Source: an uncultured delta proteobacterium (lineage in GTDB: Bacteria > Myxococcota_A > UBA9160 > UBA4427). From it: a stretch of DNA of 64,000 nt. Of this stretch, positions 1 through 8,803 are shown piece after piece. How positions within the stretch are numbered: the stretch's first letter is position 1; each line of letters opens with the position of its first letter. The translations under genes and the position numbers were made by a program. Under the pieces are notes generated by a model, which saw only the letters and a program-made list of their open reading frames with translations, had not been told where the DNA came from and searched no databases. The stretch covers positions 160,001 to 224,000 of the forward strand of contig CAWGJT010000009.1 in the NCBI GenBank assembly GCA_963822965.1. Direction: 5' to 3'.

Positions 1-475
1 TGTTCGTCTTGTAGCCCTGGGGCGTCGTCGGCGACGTCTGGTTCTTGGTCAGGCCGTAGATCGCGTTGTCGAGCATCAACGCGGTCATGTCGATGTTGTA
101 CCGCGTGGCGTGCAGCCAGTGGCCGGCGCCGATCGAGCAGCAGTCGCCGTCACCCATCACCACGAAGACGTCGAGGTCCGGACGGCTGAGCTTGATGCCC
201 GTTGCGATCGGCAGCGCGCGGCCGTGGATGCCGTGGAAGCCGTAGGTGTCGAGATAGTGCGGAAAGCGGCTCGAGCAGCCGATCCCCGACACGAAGACCG
301 TCCGCTCCGGCAACAGCTGCTCGTCCCGCATGAGGCGCTTCACGGCGTTCAACACGCCATGGTCGCCGCAGCCGCCGCACCAGCGGGCGACGACGCTGCC
401 GTAGTCGTCGAGCTCGAACGTGCGGTCGTCGTCCATGCTGCAGCTGAAGAAGGAGCGCAGCTCTTCGTGCATCAT
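1..475 (-). CDS. 2-oxoacid:ferredoxin oxidoreductase beta subunit (TPP-binding), 3' end runs off window
   Basis: Manual translation from ATG 475 gives MMHEELRSFF...ARWCGGCGDHG...FVSGIGCSSRFPHY...GFHGIHGRA...GDGDCCSIG, the typical beta-subunit motifs. ATGA overlap with the alpha-subunit stop. Confidence 0.92.
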   Translation of the reverse strand, partial: MMHEELRSFFSCSMDDDRTFELDDYGSVVARWCGGCGDHGVLNAVKRLMRDEQLLPERTVFVSGIGCSSRFPHYLDTYGFHGIHGRALPIATGIKLSRPDLDVFVVMGDGDCCSIGAGHWLHATRYNIDMTALMLDNAIYGLTKNQTSPTTPQGYKTN

Positions 476-2430
476 CGCCCGGCCTCCCCTGCGTCCATGC
501 GCGCGAGCCGGTCCTGGATGGCCGCGTGGATCTCGCCCGGCCGCAGCGGCTGCCCGGGCACGCGCGTCCAGCAGTCCACGTCCACGAGTGTGTTCGCGCG
601 CAGCAGGAACGCGAGCTGCCCGTAGCGGCGGTTCTCGGGCGTGATGCGCGGTGCTTCCGGGTCGTCGCTGTAGTTCAGCTCGACGGTCATCACATGCTCG
701 AAGCGGGAGAAGATGTCGCGCAGTCCCGGATGCAACGGCGACAGGAACGTCAGGTGCGTCGACGACACGGCGTGGCCCTCGGCGCGCGCGCGGTCCACCG
801 CCTCCTCGATCGCGCCCTTCGTGCTGCCCCAGCCGACGATCAAGAGGCGACCGGCTGCGTCGCCGTGGACCGGCGGCGGCGACAGGGTCTCGTGCAGCAC
901 CGCGAGCTTGCGGCTGCGCATCGCGGCGCCCAGCTGGTTCACCTCCGGCATGTAGTTCACCTTGCTGCGCTGGTCGTGGTTCAGGCCCGTGACTGTGTGC
1001 ATGCCGCCGGGCTGCCCGGGGACGATCCGCCGCGAGAGGCCGGTCTCCGGATCCCAGCCGTAGGGCAGCTCGTCCTTGCCGACGGCGCGCTGGCTCGCCG
1101 GCGCCGCGTGCCAGCGCTCGTCCGGCACCGGGCGGCGGAACTGCTGCTGGCCGCTCGCCAGGTTCGCATCCGAGAGCACGATGACGACGCAGCGGAAGGC
1201 CTTCGCGATGCGCCGCGCGGTGATCATCACGTGGAAGCACTCTTCGATCGTCGCCGGCGCGAGCACGACGCGCGGCGCGTCGCCGGGCTGCGCGAAGAGC
1301 GCCGCGAGCAGGTCGCTCTGCTCCACCTTCGTCGGCAGCCCGGTGCTCGGCCCGCCGCGCTGCACGTCGAGCACCACGAGCGGGATCTCGGTCATGATCG
1401 CGAGACCGAGGGCCTCCGTCTTCAGTGCGAGGCCCGGCCCCGACGTCACCGTCAATGCCACCTTGCCCGCGTAGGACGCACCGATCGCGACGGTCGCGGC
1501 GGCGATTTCATCCTCCGCCTGGTGCACCTTGCCGCCGTAGCTCTCGAAGATGTCGCAGAGATAGTGCGAGACGGACGTCGCCGGCGTGATCGGATACATC
1601 GCGCAGAAGTCCATGCCGGCCGCGACGGCGCCGAGCGCGGCCGCCTGGTTGCCGTTCATCACGACCCGGGCCTCGTCGCTATCGACGCGCGGAATGGCGA
1701 CGCGGAAGTCCAGGTTCGCGGCGGCCCAGTCGATGCCCTGCTGCAGGAGGTCGCAGTTCGCTTTCGCCACCTCCGGCGCCTTGGCCGCGAACTGCGCGCG
1801 GATCTGCTCGCGGACGTAGTCCACGTCCAGGCCGTAGATCTCGGCCAGCAGGCCGAGCGCGAACATGTTCTTGCCCTTGCGCGCGTCGTCGACGACGCGC
1901 AGGCACTCCTCCTCCATCGGGACCGGCAGCAGCCGGTAGCCGCGACCGGAGATCTCGTTCATCGCGTCCTGCCACTGGCGGCGGATCTCTTCGTCCGGAT
2001 GGTCGGCCCACTGCGCCTCGAGCAGCACGATGCAGTCTTCGCTGAGCGCGTCGAGGCGGTGGCGCGCGAGCAGAACCTGCTCGTTGAAGGCGACCACGAG
2101 GGCTGCCTGGTCGCCCCAGTTCGTGATCTCGCCGGTGCCGAAGCGCACGAGGTTCCCGCTGGCGCTGGCCGCCGTGCGTGCGGGCGGCTCGATCTCGGCC
2201 GGAATGATTTCGACGGTCCAGATCCCGTAGCCCATCTTCGCCGCCGCGCGCGCGAAGATCTGGCCGCACTTCTGCGCACCCTCGCCCGAGTCCGATACCA
2301 CCTCGACGACGTGCTCGGAGGCCTCGACCAGCGTCTTCGCGTGGGGGCGGTGCGCGGAGGCCGGCGCAGCGCCGAGCGCAGGGTCCGCGGCGTGCTCCGA
2401 TGTGCTCTCCGCCGTGTTGTCGGGGGACAG
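472..2430 (-). CDS. 2-oxoacid:acceptor oxidoreductase alpha subunit (gamma-alpha fusion)
   Basis: DSGEGAQKCG, YPITPAT, QAEDEIAA, TSGPG and DVQRGGPSTGLPTK motifs. Start uncertain (about 2430, CTG after GAGG). The ORF-track extension to 3198 is spurious. Confidence 0.9.
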   Translation of the reverse strand: MSPDNTAESTSEHAADPALGAAPASAHRPHAKTLVEASEHVVEVVSDSGEGAQKCGQIFARAAAKMGYGIWTVEIIPAEIEPPARTAASASGNLVRFGTGEITNWGDQAALVVAFNEQVLLARHRLDALSEDCIVLLEAQWADHPDEEIRRQWQDAMNEISGRGYRLLPVPMEEECLRVVDDARKGKNMFALGLLAEIYGLDVDYVREQIRAQFAAKAPEVAKANCDLLQQGIDWAAANLDFRVAIPRVDSDEARVVMNGNQAAALGAVAAGMDFCAMYPITPATSVSHYLCDIFESYGGKVHQAEDEIAAATVAIGASYAGKVALTVTSGPGLALKTEALGLAIMTEIPLVVLDVQRGGPSTGLPTKVEQSDLLAALFAQPGDAPRVVLAPATIEECFHVMITARRIAKAFRCVVIVLSDANLASGQQQFRRPVPDERWHAAPASQRAVGKDELPYGWDPETGLSRRIVPGQPGGMHTVTGLNHDQRSKVNYMPEVNQLGAAMRSRKLAVLHETLSPPPVHGDAAGRLLIVGWGSTKGAIEEAVDRARAEGHAVSSTHLTFLSPLHPGLRDIFSRFEHVMTVELNYSDDPEAPRITPENRRYGQLAFLLRANTLVDVDCWTRVPGQPLRPGEIHAAIQDRLARMDAGEAGR

Positions 2431-2730
2431 GTTCCTCAGCTGCTTCTCTCCCGTACCTCGCCGCACTGCAAGCCTACCGCGGGAGGGGTCCGGAGTCCGA
2501 ATGCAGGCTCCGCGCGTCCGGGCCGGGGCGGGCTGATTCGGTCCCATGGCCGAGCGCCGATTGGGGCATTTGGACACACCTCCCGCTCTCGGGGGGGATT
2601 GTTCGCGGCCCCGAGCGGCACGGATCCTGCGACGATCCTCGTCGGGTGGAGGAGCGCGCAACGGGACGCGGGATGCGGAGACAGACGCGCAAGGTAGACA
2701 GGTAACAGGGAGACGGAGGGAGGGGCAGCC

Positions 2731-3171
2731 ATGACGAATCGCGGCACCGGAGACGAGCACGCCGCAGAACGGATCGAAGACGACCACCGCGAGCTGCGAA
2801 GCCGGCTCGAGGCACTGACGAACACGGCCGATCGCGCGGGCGCGCTCTCCAGCCTGCAAGAGCTGCCGAAGCTGCTCGGCGAGCACTTCGCCGACGAGGA
2901 GGTGGCCGGCGGTCTCTACGACGACCTCGCCCGCCGCAGCCCCGGCCTCGCCGACAAGCTCGACACCCTCCGCCGCGAGCACCGCGAGATCCTCGAAGAC
3001 CTCGAGACCCTGAGCCGTGACCTCCAGCACCCCGCCGGCCCGCAAGCCCAGCTCAGCGAAGACGCCCGGCGCCGCGTCAACCGCTGTGCCGACCGCCTCC
3101 GCCGCCACGAGCACGCCGAATCGGGGATGATCGCCGACGTGTACTACGCGGACGAGGGAGGCCGGGGCTGA
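2731..3171 (+). CDS. Hemerythrin/HHE cation-binding domain protein
   Basis: DDH..., EHFADEE, REHREI and RHEHAE helical metal-ligand pattern. Strong GGAGG RBS. Confidence 0.8.
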   Translation: MTNRGTGDEHAAERIEDDHRELRSRLEALTNTADRAGALSSLQELPKLLGEHFADEEVAGGLYDDLARRSPGLADKLDTLRREHREILEDLETLSRDLQHPAGPQAQLSEDARRRVNRCADRLRRHEHAESGMIADVYYADEGGRG

Positions 3172-3401
3172 CAGCCACGGACGCAATTGCGTCCGCATGG
3201 CCCCTCGACTCGCTCGGCATCAAGAGGAGGGTGCCGACGGGCACTTCCGTGCACCGGTCTACACCGATGAGAGACGCCCGACACCCCGGGCCGCCTTGCA
3301 CGAGCCATCGGAGACGAGATGGCGCTGCCCCATCCTTCATCTGGGCACGTTCCCGGTTCGGGGGCCCGGGTCGGCTGCCGCTCCCGGCGGCCCAACGGCT
3401 C

Positions 3402-4478
3402 TCACGTGAGTGAGCGGGCGACCGCGACCGTCCGCTCGACCAGGTCGTCGAGTCGCAGCTCACCGTGGCCGGCGAGCGCGACGCCCACGCGTCCGGCCCA
3501 CGGCGCCGTCCAGGCTCGAGGGATGCCGCCGCCGCCGATCCCGCACAGGGCCCCGACCGTCGCCCCGTTGCAGTCCGTGTCCCAACCCGCCGCAACCGCC
3601 TCGCCGACGGCGGCCCCGAAGTCGCCGTCGCCCGAGACGAACGCCCACACGACCAGGGCGAGGTTGTTGAGCGTGTGGACCGGAGACAGCTCGGCGTACC
3701 GCTGGTGGAGGCGTTCGACGGCGTCGCTCCGGCCGGCCAGCTCGCGTCCGAAGTGCACCGCCTCGGCCGCACCGCTGTCCTTCGGAATCTGGGCGCAGGC
3801 GGCATCGATCGCCTCGCCCCATCCCTCGGCCGCGGGGAGCGCTGCTCCCAGCGCCGCGACGAACATGGCGCCGTAGACGCCGTCCCCGCGATGCGAGAGC
3901 GCCGCATCGCGCCGCGCGAGCTCCGCGGCGAGCTCCGGACGACCGGGACACACCCAGCCGTAGAGGTCCGCTCGAATCTGGGCGCCGATCCAGTCGTTGT
4001 ATTCATTCTCGGCGCAAGCCTCGAGGTCGAAGCCGGCGGGGGCCCCGTTCGGGAAGTGCTCCGCGGCCCGGTCCAGCAGGGTGCGGTAGGCGGCGCGCTC
4101 CGCCGTGTAGGTCGCCCCCGCTGGAAGGAGTCTCAGCCAGGCGCGCGCAACATCGGCAGTCTCCAGCGCAGCACCCTTCTCTTCCAGCAGCAGCAGGGCC
4201 AACACCGTGTAGTTGATGTCGTCGTCCGGCTCGGCGCGCACGATCTCGCCACGGCAGCAGCCAACCCCGAAGCCGTCGACGAGGGTTGCCTCGATTCGAG
4301 GGACGTAGTCCCGAAGCGGCAACGCGCCGGCCTGCTCGAGGTAGGCGTCGAGCGCCGCCTTTCCCCGCAAGATCGAGAGCAGCTCGACGGGCTTGCCCAG
4401 CACGCAGCCGCTCACCCGACCCTCCCAGGCCGCGCGGATCCGATCGGGCTCGACGGGTAGCGCCTTCACCTTCAGCAC
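3402..4478 (-). CDS. ADP-ribosylglycohydrolase family protein
   Basis: EPDDDINYT, IGAQIRAD and GWDTDCNGATVGA motifs. Confidence 0.88.
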   Translation of the reverse strand: MLKVKALPVEPDRIRAAWEGRVSGCVLGKPVELLSILRGKAALDAYLEQAGALPLRDYVPRIEATLVDGFGVGCCRGEIVRAEPDDDINYTVLALLLLEEKGAALETADVARAWLRLLPAGATYTAERAAYRTLLDRAAEHFPNGAPAGFDLEACAENEYNDWIGAQIRADLYGWVCPGRPELAAELARRDAALSHRGDGVYGAMFVAALGAALPAAEGWGEAIDAACAQIPKDSGAAEAVHFGRELAGRSDAVERLHQRYAELSPVHTLNNLALVVWAFVSGDGDFGAAVGEAVAAGWDTDCNGATVGALCGIGGGGIPRAWTAPWAGRVGVALAGHGELRLDDLVERTVAVARSLT

Positions 4479-4624
4479 CTTCAGCGGATCGCGCCCCGCT
4501 TGCGCGAAGTCATGCTCTCACCCCGACGAGAGCCGGTCAACTCCGGGAATGCGACCGTACCTGGGAGTCGACTACCCTTCATGCTGGCGCCTTGGAGGAG
4601 GATCCGCGCGTGGAGGTCTCGGCC

Positions 4625-5857
4625 ATGAGCGCGGGGAAGCGGGTGTTCTTCAACGCTGGCTTCGCCTCGATGATCGTCTTCCTGCCGCTCCTCACGGGGT
4701 ACTTCGCGATCTCGATCGTCCACTACGACGCGGCCCTCGTCGTTCCCGACGCGGCGTTCTGGTCCCACGTCGAGCCGCCGAGCCTCGCCTCCGTGGGCTT
4801 CTATCTCCTGTGGATCGCCTTCCAGGCCGCCCTCTACGCGTGGCTCCCGGGCCGGAGCGCGGAGGGTGCACCCCTGGCGGACGGGCGCCGGCTCGACTAT
4901 CGCCTGAACGGCCTGCTGGCCCTGGCGCTCACCATCGGCGCGGCCGCGCTCGCGGTGGTGCTCGGCCTCGCGCCGCCGGGGCTGCTCTTCGAGCACTTCG
5001 GCGCCCTCGTCACCACCGCCAACGCAGTCGTGCTGCTCGGCTGCGTGTGGCTCGTGGCGCTGGGCCGACGTCAGGCCGCGGACGAGGAACGCGAGCTGAA
5101 CCTCCTCGAGGCCTACACCGTGGGCGCCTGCCGCAATCCGCGTATCGGACGCTTCGATCTCAAGTTCTTCTGCGAGTCCAGACCCGGCATGATCCTGTGG
5201 GTGTTGATCGATCTCTCCCTGGCCGCCCAGCAGTACACGCTTCACGGTACGGTGAGCAACGCGATGGTGCTGGTCTGCTTCTTCCAGATCCTCTACGTCA
5301 CCGACTACTTCGTCTTCGAGGACGCCATCCTCACGACCTGGGACATCAAGCACGAGAACTTCGGCTTCATGCTCGGCTGGGGCTGCCTGGTCTGGATTCC
5401 CTTCGCCTACTCGCTGCAGCCCCTCTATCTGGTCGCCCACCCGGAGCCCCTGCCGGGGTGGGGTGCGAGCGCCGTCTTCGTACTGAACGCCCTGGGCTTC
5501 TCCATCTTCCGAAGCTCCAACCTGCAGAAACACCGCTTCTCGCGCGACCCCATGGAACCGATCTGGGGGCGGAAGCCCGAGTTCATCCAGACCGCGCACG
5601 GCAACGGGCTTCTCACCTCGGGCTGGTGGGGCGTCTCGCGGCACAGCAACTATCTGGGGGACTGGCTCATGGGGCTGTCCTGGTCGCTCACCTGCGGCCT
5701 CGAGCGCTTGATTCCCTACTTCTACCCCATCTACTTCGCGATCCTGTTGATCCACCGGGAGTGGCGCGACGGCAGACACTGCGCAAAGAAGTACGGCGCG
5801 GACTGGGACCGGTACACCGAGAAGGTCCGCTGGCGGATCATCCCGGGGATCTACTGA
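4625..5857 (+). CDS. ERG4/ERG24 family sterol reductase (delta14- or delta7-type), polytopic membrane protein
   Basis: YRLNG, NPRIGRFDLKFFCESRPG, TTWDIKHENFGFMLGWG, LLTSGWWGVSRHSNYLGD, YFYPIYF...RD...C..KYG.DW..Y...V.WRIIPGIY. Start refined to ATG 4625. Confidence 0.92.
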   Translation: MSAGKRVFFNAGFASMIVFLPLLTGYFAISIVHYDAALVVPDAAFWSHVEPPSLASVGFYLLWIAFQAALYAWLPGRSAEGAPLADGRRLDYRLNGLLALALTIGAAALAVVLGLAPPGLLFEHFGALVTTANAVVLLGCVWLVALGRRQAADEERELNLLEAYTVGACRNPRIGRFDLKFFCESRPGMILWVLIDLSLAAQQYTLHGTVSNAMVLVCFFQILYVTDYFVFEDAILTTWDIKHENFGFMLGWGCLVWIPFAYSLQPLYLVAHPEPLPGWGASAVFVLNALGFSIFRSSNLQKHRFSRDPMEPIWGRKPEFIQTAHGNGLLTSGWWGVSRHSNYLGDWLMGLSWSLTCGLERLIPYFYPIYFAILLIHREWRDGRHCAKKYGADWDRYTEKVRWRIIPGIY

Positions 5858-6001
5858 CGAGATCGCAAGTCCCCGTGAGCCGGGAGGAATCCCCGCCGCC
5901 GCCGCCATACGGACGAGCCGGGTACGGGCTTGTCACGATGTTCCACGCGCCGTCACGCCTCGCTGGACACGAGCCATTCCGGCATCCAGCGAGGCAATCC
6001 C

Positions 6002-8803
6002 GTGAACCGACGACAGACCGATCCGACGACGTTCGCAGGCGCCCTGGCGCTCGCCCTGACCGTCCCGGCGCTCCTCTTCGGGGCCGCCGCGCCTTCCTTC
6101 GCACAGGTGGATCTCGTCAAGGACATCAGCACCGGGTTCGGGAACGGCCACAGCTACCCCGACCGCCTGGTGGACCTGGGCGGCGGCACGCTGCTCTTCC
6201 TGGGCCGCGACTTCGACGGCACCTACCTGTACAGGACCGACGGGACCTTGGCGGGAACCCAGCGCGTCACCTCGGCCTGCCAGGCCTCGAACTTCCCCAT
6301 GGGCGTCGCCGGCGGCGTCGCCTACTTCGCGTGCACGACGGACGCCGAGGGCACGGAGCCCTGGCGGACCGACGGCACCGAGCTCGGGACCTACATGCTG
6401 GCGGACCTCGCCGCGGGCACGGCCAACTCGTACCCCAACGACTGGATCGAGGTGGGCGGACAGCTCTTCTTCACCGCCACGGGCCCGGTGGGCGACGAGC
6501 TCTACACCACCGACGGGACCACGCCGGGGACGGTCGTGGTCTCGGACATCCAGCCCTTCGGGAGCTCCTCCCCGAGCTACCTGACCGACGTGGGCGGCAC
6601 CCTCTACTTCGCGGCCAACGGCCCCAACGGCACCGAGCTCTACAAGAGCGACGGGACCGAGCCCGGCACCGTGGAGGTGGCCGACATCCGCGCCGGCTCG
6701 AGCAGCAGCTCTCCCCAGGGCTTCGTCGACTTCGGCGGCGTCCTCTACTTCCTGGCGGACGACGGCACGAACGGCCGCGAGCTCTGGAAGAGCGACGGTA
6801 CGCTCGCCGGAACCACCCTGGTGGCCGACATGAACCCGACCGGCAGCAGCTTCGGCTACACGCTGCAGGTCTCGAACGGCCTCCTCTACCTCGCCGCCAG
6901 CGACGGCGTGAACGGCACCGAGCCCTGGGTGAGCGACGGCACCACGCTCGGCACGCAGATGCTGCTCGACGTGAACCCGGGCGCGGGCAGCTCCTATCCC
7001 GAAGGCTTCGTGCCGGCCGGTGCGCTCACGGTCTTCGGGGCGGACGACGGCGCGAACGGCGACGAGCTGTGGGCCAGCGACGGCACGACCCTCGGCACCG
7101 GCCTGGTGGAGATCCAGCCCGGTGCCGGCGGCTCCTCGCCCTCGACCTTCCGTTCCCTGGGCGGGCTCGCCTGGTTCGTGGCCGACGACGGCACCCACGG
7201 CATCGAGCTCTGGACCAGCGACGGCACCGCCCTCGGCACGAGCATGGTGATCGACCTGGCCCCCGGCGACCTCGACATGCCCAACACCCTGGCGGTCCCG
7301 AAGCTCTGGGTCGTCGCCGGAGAGCTCTACTTCGAGGGCACCGACTCGACGACGGGCTTCGAGCTGTGGGTGAGCGACGGCACCGCCCTCGGCACCACCC
7401 TGGTGAGCGACATCTGGGACGGCACCGACAGCACCACCTTCAGGTATCTGGCGCCCCTGGGCGGAGACCTGCTCTTCCGGGCCTTCGACGGGGTGGAGAC
7501 GAACCTGTGGAAGAGCGACGGCACCGAGCCCGGGACCGCGATCGTGAAGGATTTGAATCCCGGGGGCACCAGCCAGGGCCTCGAGGACCTCTACGTCGCG
7601 GGGAGCGTCGCCTACTTCCGGGGCGACGACGGATCCACCGGCTACGAGCTGTGGAAGACCGACGGCACCGAGCCGGGCACCGAGCAGGTGGTCGACCTGG
7701 TTCCCGGCGTCACCGGCTCGAACGCCGCCCCCTTCGGCGAGGTCGGCGGCGAGGTGCTCGTGTCCGCCGACGACGGGGCCGTCGGGAGCGAGCTGTGGAA
7801 GACCGACGGCACCGCGGGCGGGACCGTCCTGGTGAAGGACATCAATCCCGGAACCGCCGGCTCTTCCCCCTTCTTCGGCATCGCGTTCGGCGGCGACTGG
7901 TACTTCCGCGCAAACGACGGCCTGAACGGCTACGAGCTGTGGAAGACCGACGGCACCGAGTCGGGCACGGTGATGGTGGCCGACATCAACCCCGGCGGCG
8001 ACGGACTGGCCTACAACCCGGAGTTCGAGATCTACGCCGGCGAGCTCTACTTCCCCGCCAACGACGGTACCGGCAAGGAGCTGTGGAAGACCGACGGCAC
8101 CGCCCTCGGGACCGTGCTGGTGAAGGACATCCGCGTCCACGCCTTCTTCGGCGGCGAGCCCCACGACCTGGTCGTCCACGACGGCCTGCTCTACTTCTTC
8201 GCCAACGACGGGGTGAACGGCGACGAGCTCTGGCAGAGCGACGGAACCGAGCCCGGTACGAGCCTCGTCGTCAACGTAGGGCCGGGCTCCCAGAGCGTGA
8301 CCTTCTACGGCTCGCCCCTGCGCCAGGCGGGCGGCCTCCTCTTCTTCCTGGGCGACGACGGCACCCACGGCCGTGAGCTCTGGAAGAGCGACGGCACGGC
8401 GCTCGGAACGTCCATGGTGACCGACCTCTTCCCGGGCTCCGACTGGGGCTTCAACTCCTTCACCATCGTGCTCGACGGCATCGACGACGCGCTCTACTTC
8501 GCCGCCGAGGACGGGGCCACGGGCATCGAGCCCTGGCAGACCGACGGCAGCGCGGCCGGCACGGTCTTGATCGACGACGTGGCGATCGGCCTCGCAGACT
8601 CGAGCCCGAACCAGGAGGGCTTCGTGAAGGCCGGCTCCAACATCTTCTTCGTGGCTGCGGATGCCGACCATGGCGCGGAGCTACGGGTGATCTCCGTGCC
8701 CGAGCCGGGCGCGGCCGGGCTGCTCGCCGGCGTGCTCCTCTGCGGCGTGCTCCACCGGCACCGCCGGCGGCAGACCGCGTGCGGGGAGCGCGGCCTCGCC
8801 TAG
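6002..8803 (+). CDS. Secreted ELWxxDGT-repeat beta-propeller protein with PEP-CTERM anchor
   Basis: Signal peptide, about 17-18 ELWxxDGT-like repeats, C-terminal VPEP + hydrophobic stretch + RHRRR. GTG start at 6002 preferred. Confidence 0.9.
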   Translation: MNRRQTDPTTFAGALALALTVPALLFGAAAPSFAQVDLVKDISTGFGNGHSYPDRLVDLGGGTLLFLGRDFDGTYLYRTDGTLAGTQRVTSACQASNFPMGVAGGVAYFACTTDAEGTEPWRTDGTELGTYMLADLAAGTANSYPNDWIEVGGQLFFTATGPVGDELYTTDGTTPGTVVVSDIQPFGSSSPSYLTDVGGTLYFAANGPNGTELYKSDGTEPGTVEVADIRAGSSSSSPQGFVDFGGVLYFLADDGTNGRELWKSDGTLAGTTLVADMNPTGSSFGYTLQVSNGLLYLAASDGVNGTEPWVSDGTTLGTQMLLDVNPGAGSSYPEGFVPAGALTVFGADDGANGDELWASDGTTLGTGLVEIQPGAGGSSPSTFRSLGGLAWFVADDGTHGIELWTSDGTALGTSMVIDLAPGDLDMPNTLAVPKLWVVAGELYFEGTDSTTGFELWVSDGTALGTTLVSDIWDGTDSTTFRYLAPLGGDLLFRAFDGVETNLWKSDGTEPGTAIVKDLNPGGTSQGLEDLYVAGSVAYFRGDDGSTGYELWKTDGTEPGTEQVVDLVPGVTGSNAAPFGEVGGEVLVSADDGAVGSELWKTDGTAGGTVLVKDINPGTAGSSPFFGIAFGGDWYFRANDGLNGYELWKTDGTESGTVMVADINPGGDGLAYNPEFEIYAGELYFPANDGTGKELWKTDGTALGTVLVKDIRVHAFFGGEPHDLVVHDGLLYFFANDGVNGDELWQSDGTEPGTSLVVNVGPGSQSVTFYGSPLRQAGGLLFFLGDDGTHGRELWKSDGTALGTSMVTDLFPGSDWGFNSFTIVLDGIDDALYFAAEDGATGIEPWQTDGSAAGTVLIDDVAIGLADSSPNQEGFVKAGSNIFFVAADADHGAELRVISVPEPGAAGLLAGVLLCGVLHRHRRRQTACGERGLA

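Noticed and set aside
4393..8376. Very long alternative-frame ORFs (also 15313-19242, 48463-51192, 8681-11428 and others)
   Set aside because: Arg/Pro/Gly-rich shadow frames expected at this GC content. They overlap well-supported genes.
6100..8690. Regularly spaced GAGCTGTGGAAGACCGACGGCACC words as a CRISPR or repeat array
   Set aside because: These are the codons of ELWxxDGT protein repeats with ~140-bp period and synonymous variation.
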